Part shown: positions 36,186 through 46,773 of the stretch, piece after piece
How positions within the stretch are numbered: position 1 is the stretch's first letter
Layout of the letters: each line of letters begins with the position of its first letter
Notes under the pieces: generated by a model
What the model was told of the DNA's origin: nothing
Databases searched by the model: none
The model's input: only the letters and a program-made list of their open reading frames with translations
From: a virus
Lineage: Duplodnaviria; Caudoviricetes
DNA: 64,000 nt
IMG/VR virus record: IMGVR_UViG_3300048881_000755
Coordinates: 7,008-71,007 of that record
Direction: 5' to 3' (one strand)
Translations under genes and position numbers: made by a program

Positions 36186-36386
36186 GTGAATAGAGAGATA
36201 AATAATCTGCTTAAAGATATGGGCAAAGAAAATAAAGATATTTATAATAAGTTAGTGTCTATAGCTCATAAGGTGGCCAGAAGAAAGAGTTATTTGATTA
36301 TAGATATTATGGAAATGGAATCTATGGTAGACGAAGATAAGGTCGAGCCTATTTCTTCGATAGAAAGAGTAGAGGTAGAAGTGTGA
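36186..36386 (+). CDS. Hypothetical protein
   Basis: 66 aa, GTG start, abuts both neighbours. Confidence 0.55.
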   Translation: MNREINNLLKDMGKENKDIYNKLVSIAHKVARRKSYLIIDIMEMESMVDEDKVEPISSIERVEVEV

Positions 36387-36826
36387 TTTTAAAAAAAACA
36401 TTACCAGCGCTTATTTGTATATTTGCCCTTATCTTTTCAAACGTTGCAATTGCAGGAGACTTTAAGCCTGCAGGCACAGTATTGGAAGAAGAAAGTTATG
36501 TTCTTACAAAGAAAGAGGCAACTGACTTGATGAATAGGCTAAAGCTTCTTGAGCTGAAAGAGCTTGAGTTAAATAAGTATAAGAGTCTGGAGAGCCTTAG
36601 GCTTAAGCAGATTGATTTGTATAAAATAAATTTAGAATATTCGCAGGCTCAAAATACAAGATATGTTAATCTGCTAGGAACAAATCAAGACCTACTTGAT
36701 AGGTATAGCAAAAGAGATCAGTTCCAAACGTGGGAAAATTTTGGTTATTTAGCATTGGGGATAACCCTGACCATAGGTGCCTTTTTTGCTGCAGACGCAA
36801 TAACTGATAGCATGGAACGCAACTGA
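36383..36826 (+). CDS. Exported coiled-coil protein with C-terminal hydrophobic anchor
   Basis: Signal peptide-like N-terminus ending AIA, coiled coil, C-terminal FGYLALGITLTIGAFFAA. Confidence 0.5.
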   Translation: MILKKTLPALICIFALIFSNVAIAGDFKPAGTVLEEESYVLTKKEATDLMNRLKLLELKELELNKYKSLESLRLKQIDLYKINLEYSQAQNTRYVNLLGTNQDLLDRYSKRDQFQTWENFGYLALGITLTIGAFFAADAITDSMERN

Positions 36827-36841
36827 TGGCGATAGAGTTAA

Positions 36842-36848
36842 TACTAAT
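36842..36848 (+). promoter_or_regulatory. TAYTAAT putative late promoter element
   Basis: TACTAAT about 40 nt upstream of ATG 36889. Confidence 0.55.
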
Positions 36849-36888
36849 TTTATCTAATTGATAGAATATATAGGTTTAGGACGGTTTA

Positions 36889-39800
36889 ATGGGAAAGTCA
36901 AATTATCCAAATAAATTAGATACATCATTAGAAATACCTGCAGTTAGAGATAACATAGTGGAGGTAGGTTCGGATGTGCTTAATAGCCTTAGGTCTGCTA
37001 TATTTAATATAGAGAGGACTCTGGGGATTAATCCGCAAGGAGCTACTGGGAATACTGTGGCATCGAGGATTAATAGCTCATTAGATGGAAATGGAAATAT
37101 TCTAAAAAATGCCCTGGATACAGCCGGGCTACTTTCCGGGCCAATAACCAATGCTGACGTATCTAAGGCTGCTGCAATTAATGAGTCAAAATTAAATCTA
37201 AAATATCCTACAACATTGCTGCAGGAAGAGATTTCTCAGATTATAAAGCAAATTGAAAATATTACAGTAACTTTAGAGGAGCTGTCTTATTTATATGCTG
37301 CGCATACTCATCCTGAGTCAAAAAACAGACATATGGGGCATGCGATAACTATATCTAAGATAAATAGAATGGAATCAGACACTGGTATGGTCTTCTCGGA
37401 AAGACAGACCTCCCAAGAATTGTTTGAGAAAATTTTTTCATCGCACATTAATTATAACGGGTCAGACATATCGGAATCGAATAGATCTCATGAGGCAAAA
37501 CAACTTTTCTTCGATAAGGCGGATGCGATACCTTATGTAGAGTCCGACGATGTTCAGGGGGCTATTCTTGATGTCCTTGATCACGCAAAAGGGCAGCTTG
37601 TTGATCATCAGAATCGTCATCATAGTAATGGAGTTTTAAGGACATCTGTTATAACTGGAGCCGGAGATTTAACTGCCGGCCAGATGTTGTTAGATGAGCA
37701 AAAGGTCACATATTCTTTATATCTATCAGAAAATACGACAAAGCTATCTACAGTAGCCTTTGTTGATCAGCCGGAAGCCCCAAGTATATCTATTGAGAGG
37801 TCAGATATTCTCAGAATGTATTCTGGTACGGATGGATCAATTACTGACTATCAGATCCATTCCGTAGAGTATAACGGGACGGCCATAAAGGCTATTAAAA
37901 TATTTGGAGTCTTAAGTCGAAACTCTGATCCTTTAGATAGAGTTAAGCTTTTTAAAAATAAAAATGCAGCGTCTAACTTGTCAGGCCTATTGGTCGCCGC
38001 TAGACACTTTCCCGTTCCAATTACAAATATTGACATACTTCAAGTAGCAAATCCTAATTCTAGCACTATTGTGTCTAGGGGGATAAGGCCATCTGAGATA
38101 TCATTTGCTAATAGGTATATGAAGATTACTATAGATGGTGAAAAAGAGATTTTATTGGACGTATATGACGGCGCAGCCTCTTCTGGCCAAACTATTGACT
38201 CTATCATTAGGAAGATGAATCTCACGTTTGCTGAAGAATCAGCAAGTGTTTTGGCATATAGAGTTGATTATGATGATGTCTATAGTCCTGAAGTAGCGCT
38301 AGTCCACTCTTTGCCTAGTTCTTTAACACAGTCTTTTACCTTATCAGTTGCAGGACATCAAACTGATGGCGGAATTGATTCTTTGGGCTTTGGGTATATA
38401 GAAGATGAGGTTATAGACCAGGGGTCTGGACTAGAATATTATATACAAGGAGAGGCTAATTCTGGTCTTAGCATAAAGCTTGAGCAAACAGGACTAACTC
38501 TTTTAGAAGGAACTTCTTCGATCAGATCAGATGCTGCCGGAATAAGCTTTGAAGACTATGGCATTACAGATGGTGATCTTATTGTTATTACAAATACTTC
38601 TAATGATAATGGAACTTATGTCATAACAGATGTGAAGCCAGAGCAAGTTAAAGTTGCTCTGTATGACCAATTAGGCAATCCTAAAGTTTGGAATTCTGGT
38701 TCAGGTCAAGATTCTATTTTTTATGTGTTACAAACCACAGTATCTTTGGCAGCATTTCAATTTTTAAGACCAGCTGGCGGCGGGTCTAATGCTGCTGTAA
38801 TTGATGTATTTCTAAATAAAAATAAAGAGATATTTTATAATGAAAGACTACAGTATTCAATAAAAATAAAGGACGCAAGCGATAGCCTTGTCTCTGTATG
38901 CGATTTTGATGGAGATGTATCTCTTTATACAGATGACGATCCAGGCATTATTTTGGCGTCCCTTAAAGCAGACGGCACACCTCAGTTGTCACTTGACGGG
39001 GGGACGCCTGTTGATCTTTCTGGAGTAAAGTCTTCTTATGTCAGACTAATGTCAGACAGACACAAGATAACTCTTTTAATATTTATAGAGGACTCTGATA
39101 TTATCTACAATAAACTCTTTGAGGATAATGCTGATTTTTCTATATCGCTGTATGGAGACCCAGATATAAATCTTGAAGAAAATCTTCTTATCGCAAGGTG
39201 TCTTTATGATTCAAAGGGCTCAAGAGTAGGCGGCGCTGGAGCAGATTTACCAAGAATATTTAAAAAACTTGAAGTAGGAATTACGTCGGATAAAGATCTT
39301 AGCACAAAAGCTTTAGAGCGCGTATACCAGGGGCCTCTTAGGGAGACTCGGTCTAATGGTGTCACGCAAGGCCTTAAGCTAACCCCAGCAACTGGTCAGG
39401 CTCATGACGAATCTTTAGATGAATTTGGAAATTATGTAGTAAATATTTCCGGCGGAACATGTTATGTTCGGGGCAAGAAATATACTTTTAGCAGATACGA
39501 CAATCTTATATCAGATGTTATAGCTCCGGGCGCAGGGTTCGAAGGCGTAGGGTTTGATAAGGTTTTTATCGCAATAAACGAATGGGGAGAGCTTGTTTTT
39601 GCTGGAGCGAGTGGTGGCGGCGGTCCAGGCGGAGCTTGTGCTTGTCCTTTTAATGCAGATTCGCATTGTATATTGGCTGTCATAGAATATGATTCTGTCA
39701 ACCCTCCTGTGGCTATAGATTTAAGGCTCTTTCTTAATGACTTGGATCTTAAGGTTTTAAATTCAGTGACTGTTAGTCCCCAACGTGGCATGGGTCACTT

Positions 39801-42621
39801 TACAGAGTTTGGAGAGGCATTAAAATATACAAAAAGATTTGGAGATTTGTTCCCAAAGGCCGGAACTCCTACAATTCATTTAAAATCTGGAACGCATAAG
39901 GTTGTTGTAAACACTGGGGTTACAAAGGCAGCATATTCGTTGGCAGATCATTATCAGGCAGCATCTTATTACGGTAGTTGGATAAATTTTCCTGTAAATA
40001 TAACGGGAGAAGGTTATTCCACTGTGCTTGATATTATGAAGGTTTATAGCGACTTCGGTGAGGAGCATGATGATAGGGCTAACTTTGGAGAAAGTGAACA
40101 TGAGAGCCCTCTCTTTATCGCAGGCCCTGGATTGAATGCCTCTAGGCCAAATGGAAATGCTCAGATTCTAGATAATGGCTTTGTAACTCTAAGTAATTTT
40201 AGGCTAAAAAATTGTGGAATATGGATATTAGATCCTTGGACGAAAGATTCATTTGTTCCAGGCGAAGACAGCAATAAGTTAAATTGGGGAGTTAAGGTTG
40301 ACGGGGTAATATTCGATAGATCTGAGAAGCCAGGATTTAGCGCTCAGGGCTTTCCGCATGCTGCGATTCGCTTTGAGAAGGCAGACAGTGTTGGTACGGA
40401 AACAATAGGAAACTTATCTATATCAAATTGTCAGCTTTTAAATTCAGGCGCTCTTTATGGCAATAATGCCGCTGCAGGAGAGCGTTGGGATGCCGATCGT
40501 TATAGAAATATAAGTATTTTAAATAATACGTTTAGAGGAACAGGGGATGGAGTAGTTGATGGTGGCAGTAATCACTGGATCGAGTTTATTACCGGAGATG
40601 GAGATATATTTGATCTTGAAGATGCTCCCTTGGGAAATAATATAGAATATCGTGGCAATATAGTCGCAGATAATGAAACTGGAATCCTAGCACATGTAGA
40701 CTCTGACAATAATCATAGTTGGGGAGACAGAATAAGCAGAGATCTTGTCGTGGGGGGGCACGTAGGCATTGGGATGAATGTGCTTCCAATCTACCAGCTT
40801 TCCATTAAAAAATCAGCAGATAATCACCGAGCGCTTTACACAGATGGGGACTCGTACATGGGCGGCGATCTCGACGTCGCTGGCGCGATAACAGTATTGG
40901 GCGACGATGGCGGTTTTAATATTTATACTGGAGATTTGCACCTTATCAGTGGTGATCTATATCTTGACGGTGATGGTGTAGATGGCGCACCTATTTCAGA
41001 TATATATATGAGTGGAGGAAGTATAACGGGCGTTAAAAATATTACAGCTTCTGGTCATATTATAGCTAATGACGGGAATTTGTATTCGACAGATATCATT
41101 CTGGAGGATGATAAAGCAGGAAAAGCCCCAAGCATTTTCATGACCTCGACAAGTGATGATAGATATCATGGCTCAGAGATTAGGTTCAAGAGGCTAACTC
41201 CGTCTATAAGCAAAAATGATCGTATAGGCGAACTTTGGTTCCAAGGGTCCGAGACAAACGACGATGCCATGGAAAACTGTGCAGCGATTCTTGTAGAGGC
41301 TGCTGAAAATTGGTCTTCCGGCTATTATCCAGCAGATATGATCTTTTACACGTTCGGGACGAGCCATACCGAAAGAATGCGGATAACCGATTCCGGTGTA
41401 GTAGACGTCAGCGGAGACTTAGAGGTCACAGGAATCTTGAAGGTGGGCTATGACCATCCGGCAGACGATGTTGACCTGAACGCTGCGTCTGGAAGTATTT
41501 GGGTTGGGTCAATTGATGGTACCGGGGAACATATAGCTATAGATATAAATGAAATTCAGGCAAAGAAGAACGGGACCACGGTAGACACATTACATTTGAA
41601 TTGGCTTGGCGGCGAGGTGGTGATCGGCCCCGGCGTTGGGCTCTCTGGCAACCCAGACCAGGGTACAATAACGAAACGCTCATTAACGATTGGTGACAAT
41701 GGTGACGGAAGCATCAGAGCCAAAGGAATCTCTAGATATTGGGAGGGTAAGGAAACCTTCTTCATAAATGAAAACGGAGGAACTGTAGAGGTTGGAGACA
41801 AAACTTTCGATAGCACGGGCATGATAATCCGAAATAAATGCACCCTTCACGGTGGCGACCCCGACGAGATGAGCTGGAAGCCGAGCGATACTGTCCATCC
41901 AACTTTGCGTTTGGAGAATTATTCTCTTGATAACGTGAATGGAAACTCTTGTGGTATGTGGATTGATTTTTCTAGACTTGGGCATGAAGATGGTACCGAG
42001 CATGAAGATGGTTGGGACGGGACTATCGACGCCGGCCATAAGTTTATTTTATTTGGTGCTGATAATTATGCCATTGGAAGTATTAAGTCGACTGGTGGTA
42101 ATTCACCGGGAACCCTAGTATACGATACATTTACAGGCCAACATATAGCTCCGATTAAAGATTCTGATATTAATGCAATGAAAGCAGGAATAGGGCTTAT
42201 TGCCTCTTCTGATGGAACCACTTTATTGGAAGGAGAGTTATCTGAGTCATTTTCTGGAGTAACTTTATCTTCTTTTGAGAAAGATAAAGCGGTATATGGT
42301 GTTATAGCTAGTGGCGTTTGGATTCCATGGGCAGAGAGGTGGAAGCATTGGACAGAAGGCCAGAGTGCTGTTAACGTTAATGCCTTAGGCAATGGCAGAG
42401 TCTGGGTTACAAATATTACGGGAGAAGTGGAAACTGGAGATTATATATGCTCTAGTAATATAGCGGGATATGGACAGCTGCAGGATGATGACTTCTTGCA
42501 CAATTACACTGTAGCTAAATCAACAGAAGCTATAGACTGGGATAATGTTACAGATACTATTACTCATAATGGTGTTGAATATAAGAAATATCTCGTAGCA
42601 TGCACGTATCATTGTGGATAG
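36889..42621 (+). CDS. Giant tailspike/fibre protein 1 with beta-helix and C-terminal chaperone-like domain
   Basis: 1910 aa; N-terminus shared with the next gene; beta-helix entry GHFTEFGEAL...TIHLKSGTH; C-terminal FTGQH...GDYICSS...GYG...YTVAK...CTYHCG. Confidence 0.7.
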   Translation: MGKSNYPNKLDTSLEIPAVRDNIVEVGSDVLNSLRSAIFNIERTLGINPQGATGNTVASRINSSLDGNGNILKNALDTAGLLSGPITNADVSKAAAINESKLNLKYPTTLLQEEISQIIKQIENITVTLEELSYLYAAHTHPESKNRHMGHAITISKINRMESDTGMVFSERQTSQELFEKIFSSHINYNGSDISESNRSHEAKQLFFDKADAIPYVESDDVQGAILDVLDHAKGQLVDHQNRHHSNGVLRTSVITGAGDLTAGQMLLDEQKVTYSLYLSENTTKLSTVAFVDQPEAPSISIERSDILRMYSGTDGSITDYQIHSVEYNGTAIKAIKIFGVLSRNSDPLDRVKLFKNKNAASNLSGLLVAARHFPVPITNIDILQVANPNSSTIVSRGIRPSEISFANRYMKITIDGEKEILLDVYDGAASSGQTIDSIIRKMNLTFAEESASVLAYRVDYDDVYSPEVALVHSLPSSLTQSFTLSVAGHQTDGGIDSLGFGYIEDEVIDQGSGLEYYIQGEANSGLSIKLEQTGLTLLEGTSSIRSDAAGISFEDYGITDGDLIVITNTSNDNGTYVITDVKPEQVKVALYDQLGNPKVWNSGSGQDSIFYVLQTTVSLAAFQFLRPAGGGSNAAVIDVFLNKNKEIFYNERLQYSIKIKDASDSLVSVCDFDGDVSLYTDDDPGIILASLKADGTPQLSLDGGTPVDLSGVKSSYVRLMSDRHKITLLIFIEDSDIIYNKLFEDNADFSISLYGDPDINLEENLLIARCLYDSKGSRVGGAGADLPRIFKKLEVGITSDKDLSTKALERVYQGPLRETRSNGVTQGLKLTPATGQAHDESLDEFGNYVVNISGGTCYVRGKKYTFSRYDNLISDVIAPGAGFEGVGFDKVFIAINEWGELVFAGASGGGGPGGACACPFNADSHCILAVIEYDSVNPPVAIDLRLFLNDLDLKVLNSVTVSPQRGMGHFTEFGEALKYTKRFGDLFPKAGTPTIHLKSGTHKVVVNTGVTKAAYSLADHYQAASYYGSWINFPVNITGEGYSTVLDIMKVYSDFGEEHDDRANFGESEHESPLFIAGPGLNASRPNGNAQILDNGFVTLSNFRLKNCGIWILDPWTKDSFVPGEDSNKLNWGVKVDGVIFDRSEKPGFSAQGFPHAAIRFEKADSVGTETIGNLSISNCQLLNSGALYGNNAAAGERWDADRYRNISILNNTFRGTGDGVVDGGSNHWIEFITGDGDIFDLEDAPLGNNIEYRGNIVADNETGILAHVDSDNNHSWGDRISRDLVVGGHVGIGMNVLPIYQLSIKKSADNHRALYTDGDSYMGGDLDVAGAITVLGDDGGFNIYTGDLHLISGDLYLDGDGVDGAPISDIYMSGGSITGVKNITASGHIIANDGNLYSTDIILEDDKAGKAPSIFMTSTSDDRYHGSEIRFKRLTPSISKNDRIGELWFQGSETNDDAMENCAAILVEAAENWSSGYYPADMIFYTFGTSHTERMRITDSGVVDVSGDLEVTGILKVGYDHPADDVDLNAASGSIWVGSIDGTGEHIAIDINEIQAKKNGTTVDTLHLNWLGGEVVIGPGVGLSGNPDQGTITKRSLTIGDNGDGSIRAKGISRYWEGKETFFINENGGTVEVGDKTFDSTGMIIRNKCTLHGGDPDEMSWKPSDTVHPTLRLENYSLDNVNGNSCGMWIDFSRLGHEDGTEHEDGWDGTIDAGHKFILFGADNYAIGSIKSTGGNSPGTLVYDTFTGQHIAPIKDSDINAMKAGIGLIASSDGTTLLEGELSESFSGVTLSSFEKDKAVYGVIASGVWIPWAERWKHWTEGQSAVNVNALGNGRVWVTNITGEVETGDYICSSNIAGYGQLQDDDFLHNYTVAKSTEAIDWDNVTDTITHNGVEYKKYLVACTYHCG

Positions 42622-42630
42622 GAAATTATA

Positions 42631-45600
42631 ATGGCAAAATCAAATTATCCAAATAAGCTAGACACATCAGTTGAAATTCCTGTTATAAGAGATAATATAA
42701 CAGAGATAGGGTCCGATGTTCTTAATAGTCTTCGGTCTGCTATATTTAATATAGAAAAGACTCTAGGAATAAATCCTCAGGGAGCCACAGGAAATACCGT
42801 TGCCTCCAGGCTTAATAATGCTCTTGATGACAATGGAAATGTAACGAAGGATGCTTTAGATAGAGTCGGGCTTCTTTCCGGCCCTATATCTAATGAAGAT
42901 GTATCTAAGGTTGCGGCAATTTCAGAAGGAAAGCTTAATCTAAATTATCCAACTCAATTACTTCAAGATCAAATATCTATTATAGACAATAGGATTGCCT
43001 TACTTATAATAAGTCTTGAGGAGTTAAATGCACTCCTTTCTGCACATGTTCATCCTGACGCAAAAAATAGACATCATGCTAAGGCAATAACGGTTGAGGC
43101 GGCAATAGTAGAGCCATCAGGTGCTGCTGCAAAAAGCTTAGAAGAGGGAACTTTGCAGGAGGCTCTTGAGGATTTATATAATGCTCATATAAATTATACA
43201 GGAGAAGGGGTAGGAAACGACAACAACTCGCATACTGCTGGACAGTTGTTCTACGACAACCAAGAGACTTTAGATATAATCTCCTCAAGCAGTGTTCAGG
43301 GGGCTATAGATGAGATCGCAGCACTTCAAGGTCGTACTCTAAGAAATTCTACATTAAACTTAAACTCTAATGGGTTAATCCGCACAGGATCAACTTTTGA
43401 TGAAAGCGAAGGGAATGAATGCGGATCGTTAGTTATAGGGGCTTCTGAAATATCTTGGCTTGGCCCAGATGGCAATAGCAGGGAACATGTTTCATTTTTT
43501 TCAAATCCTATTCCAGCCGGAACGATAGAGCCATTTGATATTCTCACTATCTTAGATTCACCAGAAAATACTGATAATCGAGACTATTTGATAGAAAGTG
43601 TCTCTCTTAAAGACGATGGATCTCTTCAGTCTGTGGTAATCTTTGGAGGCCCTAAGTTTCCAATGGAACTTGGAATTAACGCTAGAATATCAAAAGGTAT
43701 ATATACAACATATAATGAAAATGGCCTTAACTGTTCAGCGAGGCCAAGGTATAACCGATCTAATACACCTGATGTTCAAGTAGCAAATCCAAACGCTGCA
43801 ACAATTATATCATCAGGAATTAGGGCAGCTAATGTAAAAGAGGCATTTTCTGATGTTTTATCTATAGAGATAGACGGCGTTTCTCATGAGATAAATATTT
43901 TTAATGCAGATCAGAATCTTCAGACAATAGAAACGATTGTAGACAGGATAAATCAATATTCAGTAGAGCATAGATTAAATGCATTTGCATATAGAGTTAG
44001 AGCCTTAAAGTGTTATGAATTAGCTATAACACATATTTTGCCAAACTTCGATCAGGATGTAAAAAATAGAACTTTAAAGATAACAGCAGCAGCATTAAAT
44101 GATGCGCATGAAGCTTTGGGTCTGGGATACATATTAGACAGAGAGGTAGAGGGCCAGTCGGGGAATACCTGTCATATTAATGGTAAGCTTATCTCTTCAT
44201 TTGGAAATATAAAAAGATATTCATCTGAAAGTGTGGCCTTAAACATAGGGACTACAGATTTACTCACTATAAATATAGATTTTTTAAATGAAGAAATTAG
44301 AGAGGGTGATTTATGCACAATAGAGGGCTCTTCTAAAGAATCTGACGATGGAACATACAGGATACACTCTGTTGAAGGCCAGCTCTTATCGTTGGATTCG
44401 GCAGGAGGCACATTTTCTGGAGTTTTAGAAGATGATGCTGTTATCTTTATCCAAAGATGCTCTGCTCCAGTAGGTGAGCTCAATTTTATTGGAGACGGAC
44501 TTTTATTGATAGATGTCTTTATGACAGATACTGGTGACATAAATTATAAGAAGAGGGCAGATATAGTTGGGCATCTTCAATCTCCAGGTTTTTCTGCAAC
44601 GATATCAGATATATCAAAAGGGTTTATTACTGAAGGTGATACCTTTCAATTGACAGTAAATGCAGCCGGATATGCATTTTTAAACGCACATCCAGGTGGA
44701 GGCGAAGGGAAACATGTCTACGTAGCCTCTCACGGTAGGTATAAGATATATTCTGAAGATAAATTCAATTATATAATCTTAGATGTATTTTCTAATAATG
44801 CACCTGCGTTCGAAACTGATATAAAGATAAGCGGAAGTTCGGAGATACAAGATGATGTAATGCATCTCTCAAGGATTGTCTTTTCAACAAAGTTTGGGTT
44901 TATAATCGGTTCACCATCCGAACTCGGCGGAGCAATTCCTACGCTAGTCGACAAGAGAACGACAGGAACAGTTGATGACACTATTATTAGCGAAAATATT
45001 TTAGAAAGATATATTCAGGGACCAAGGAATGAGCTTAGAGGGTCTGGGATTATAAGAGATCTCGATATAGAGTCAATAGCAGATCATAATGATGGTACAT
45101 GTAGCATATATGTCAACCCAGGGGTAGGCGTTATTAACGGAGTAAGAGTAGAATATCTGGGTATACTCAATCTATTTTATAATTATGATGAACCCGCTAC
45201 CAATAATTTTTACGTAGCTATAGATGGTAAGGGATGTTTGCTTGTTGCTCCAGAAATATCCGTAGATGGAGACTGGATATCTCCATTTTTTAATCAAAAT
45301 GTAGCGCATATTGCTTATGTAAACATAATCCCTGGGGGTGCCCCGGACATAACAGATTTGAGACTATTCGTTGATCATATAGATTATAAGGTTATAGCCG
45401 ATATAACTGTTGCAAACGATCAAAGATTTGGCCATTTTACGGATATCAAAAAAGCTGTAGACTATGCAAGAAAATTTACAAAATTATTTCCAAAGATGAG
45501 CAGGCCAAGTATAACTGTAAAAGAAGGAGAATATGAAATAAGCGAAACAATCTATATTGATTTCGATTTAAAGTTTTCCGGATCAGGCCCCCAAACAATC

Positions 45601-46209
45601 ATAAAAAGAGGCGGCGCATTAGTATCTGGAGCCGCTAAACCCGCCTACTCTCCAGTGTTTTACATAGGCGACGGCTGGGCTGGTTATTGGGAGACGTCTT
45701 CATGGGAGATTATCTATGGTACAACCTTTGAAAATTTTACATATAAGCTAGAAGAAGGCTCTTTATTTCAGGCCGGGGCAGTGTTTCATCTGGTTCAAGA
45801 GCCGAGCGGGCATTCTCAAAATGCATTTTTTAATTTCGATAAAATAAGATTTGCTGGTGAAAATTTAGGGGCCCCTCATAACGGAGGGTTTGATGATCCC
45901 GGTGATTGGCCATGCGAGATAGCAATATTCATCGGACCAGAGATAAATACCTGGAAGACTCTAGGCAACATCACGATAACAAACTGTTTCTTCAATTGGT
46001 TTGGAGCTGGAAGTGGGCCTTGCGTTTTAAATGAGTTTAATGACTATAACAATATTATAGTAACGGGAAATATAGCAAAGAATGTATATGGACCTGTCGG
46101 GGGGAATGCGTCAGGGTCCAATTATGGAATTCTGTATGATACTACAGACGGGTTCTGGTGGACGTTAAAAGATTATATAGAAACCGGAAATATCTCTGAT
46201 GATCAGTAA
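42631..46209 (+). CDS. Tailspike/fibre protein 2 (paralogue) with beta-helix
   Basis: 1192 aa; near-identical N-terminus KSNYPNKLDTS.EIP..RDNI; GHFTDIKKAV...ITVKEGEY...FSGSGPQTII pectin-lyase-like start. Confidence 0.7.
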   Translation: MAKSNYPNKLDTSVEIPVIRDNITEIGSDVLNSLRSAIFNIEKTLGINPQGATGNTVASRLNNALDDNGNVTKDALDRVGLLSGPISNEDVSKVAAISEGKLNLNYPTQLLQDQISIIDNRIALLIISLEELNALLSAHVHPDAKNRHHAKAITVEAAIVEPSGAAAKSLEEGTLQEALEDLYNAHINYTGEGVGNDNNSHTAGQLFYDNQETLDIISSSSVQGAIDEIAALQGRTLRNSTLNLNSNGLIRTGSTFDESEGNECGSLVIGASEISWLGPDGNSREHVSFFSNPIPAGTIEPFDILTILDSPENTDNRDYLIESVSLKDDGSLQSVVIFGGPKFPMELGINARISKGIYTTYNENGLNCSARPRYNRSNTPDVQVANPNAATIISSGIRAANVKEAFSDVLSIEIDGVSHEINIFNADQNLQTIETIVDRINQYSVEHRLNAFAYRVRALKCYELAITHILPNFDQDVKNRTLKITAAALNDAHEALGLGYILDREVEGQSGNTCHINGKLISSFGNIKRYSSESVALNIGTTDLLTINIDFLNEEIREGDLCTIEGSSKESDDGTYRIHSVEGQLLSLDSAGGTFSGVLEDDAVIFIQRCSAPVGELNFIGDGLLLIDVFMTDTGDINYKKRADIVGHLQSPGFSATISDISKGFITEGDTFQLTVNAAGYAFLNAHPGGGEGKHVYVASHGRYKIYSEDKFNYIILDVFSNNAPAFETDIKISGSSEIQDDVMHLSRIVFSTKFGFIIGSPSELGGAIPTLVDKRTTGTVDDTIISENILERYIQGPRNELRGSGIIRDLDIESIADHNDGTCSIYVNPGVGVINGVRVEYLGILNLFYNYDEPATNNFYVAIDGKGCLLVAPEISVDGDWISPFFNQNVAHIAYVNIIPGGAPDITDLRLFVDHIDYKVIADITVANDQRFGHFTDIKKAVDYARKFTKLFPKMSRPSITVKEGEYEISETIYIDFDLKFSGSGPQTIIKRGGALVSGAAKPAYSPVFYIGDGWAGYWETSSWEIIYGTTFENFTYKLEEGSLFQAGAVFHLVQEPSGHSQNAFFNFDKIRFAGENLGAPHNGGFDDPGDWPCEIAIFIGPEINTWKTLGNITITNCFFNWFGAGSGPCVLNEFNDYNNIIVTGNIAKNVYGPVGGNASGSNYGILYDTTDGFWWTLKDYIETGNISDDQ

Positions 46210-46311
46210 CGATAACAATGAGTAACCTAGATTCTGATAACTCTATACAACCAACAGGGTACAATACATATTGTCTGTTCCAGTGCAGCACAAGCAATAT
46301 GAGGATCTGAA

Positions 46312-46773
46312 ATGAGCAAAACAAGAGAGCAATCTGCTATAGATTCGATCTATAGCATGGAAAATATGTTAGAGGAGCTACTAAAGCGAGTTCAGGTTAT
46401 GGAGGATAATCTGAAGCTATTAAACAACAAGGTATCTAAGCTCTCAAGGCCTACCCCCTTTCCCCCTGTTAAGAATGACTCTAGTCCGGAACCCCCTCCT
46501 CGACAACAAAAAGTTGAAAAATTGGTTTTGGGGAATATAAAGTTGTTTGGCTATATCGTTAATAAGGGTAAGGCCCCAATTCCTGATGTGTCAGTAAATG
46601 TATACGATGCAAATAATCAGCTAGTTAAGAACACGAAGACCAACGACGACGGTCACTGGGAGGTTCGGCTGCCAGCAGGGAATTTTGGGGTTGAGTATAT
46701 TCATAAAAAATTTAAACCAGTAAACAAGACCGTTGAGCTGGAAGATGGCACAAAAGAGTGCGAGGTTAGATAA
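46312..46773 (+). CDS. Coiled-coil plus carboxypeptidase-regulatory-like beta domain protein
   Basis: APIPDVSVNVYD...TKTNDDGHWEVRLPAGNFGVEYIHKKFKP. Confidence 0.65.
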   Translation: MSKTREQSAIDSIYSMENMLEELLKRVQVMEDNLKLLNNKVSKLSRPTPFPPVKNDSSPEPPPRQQKVEKLVLGNIKLFGYIVNKGKAPIPDVSVNVYDANNQLVKNTKTNDDGHWEVRLPAGNFGVEYIHKKFKPVNKTVELEDGTKECEVR

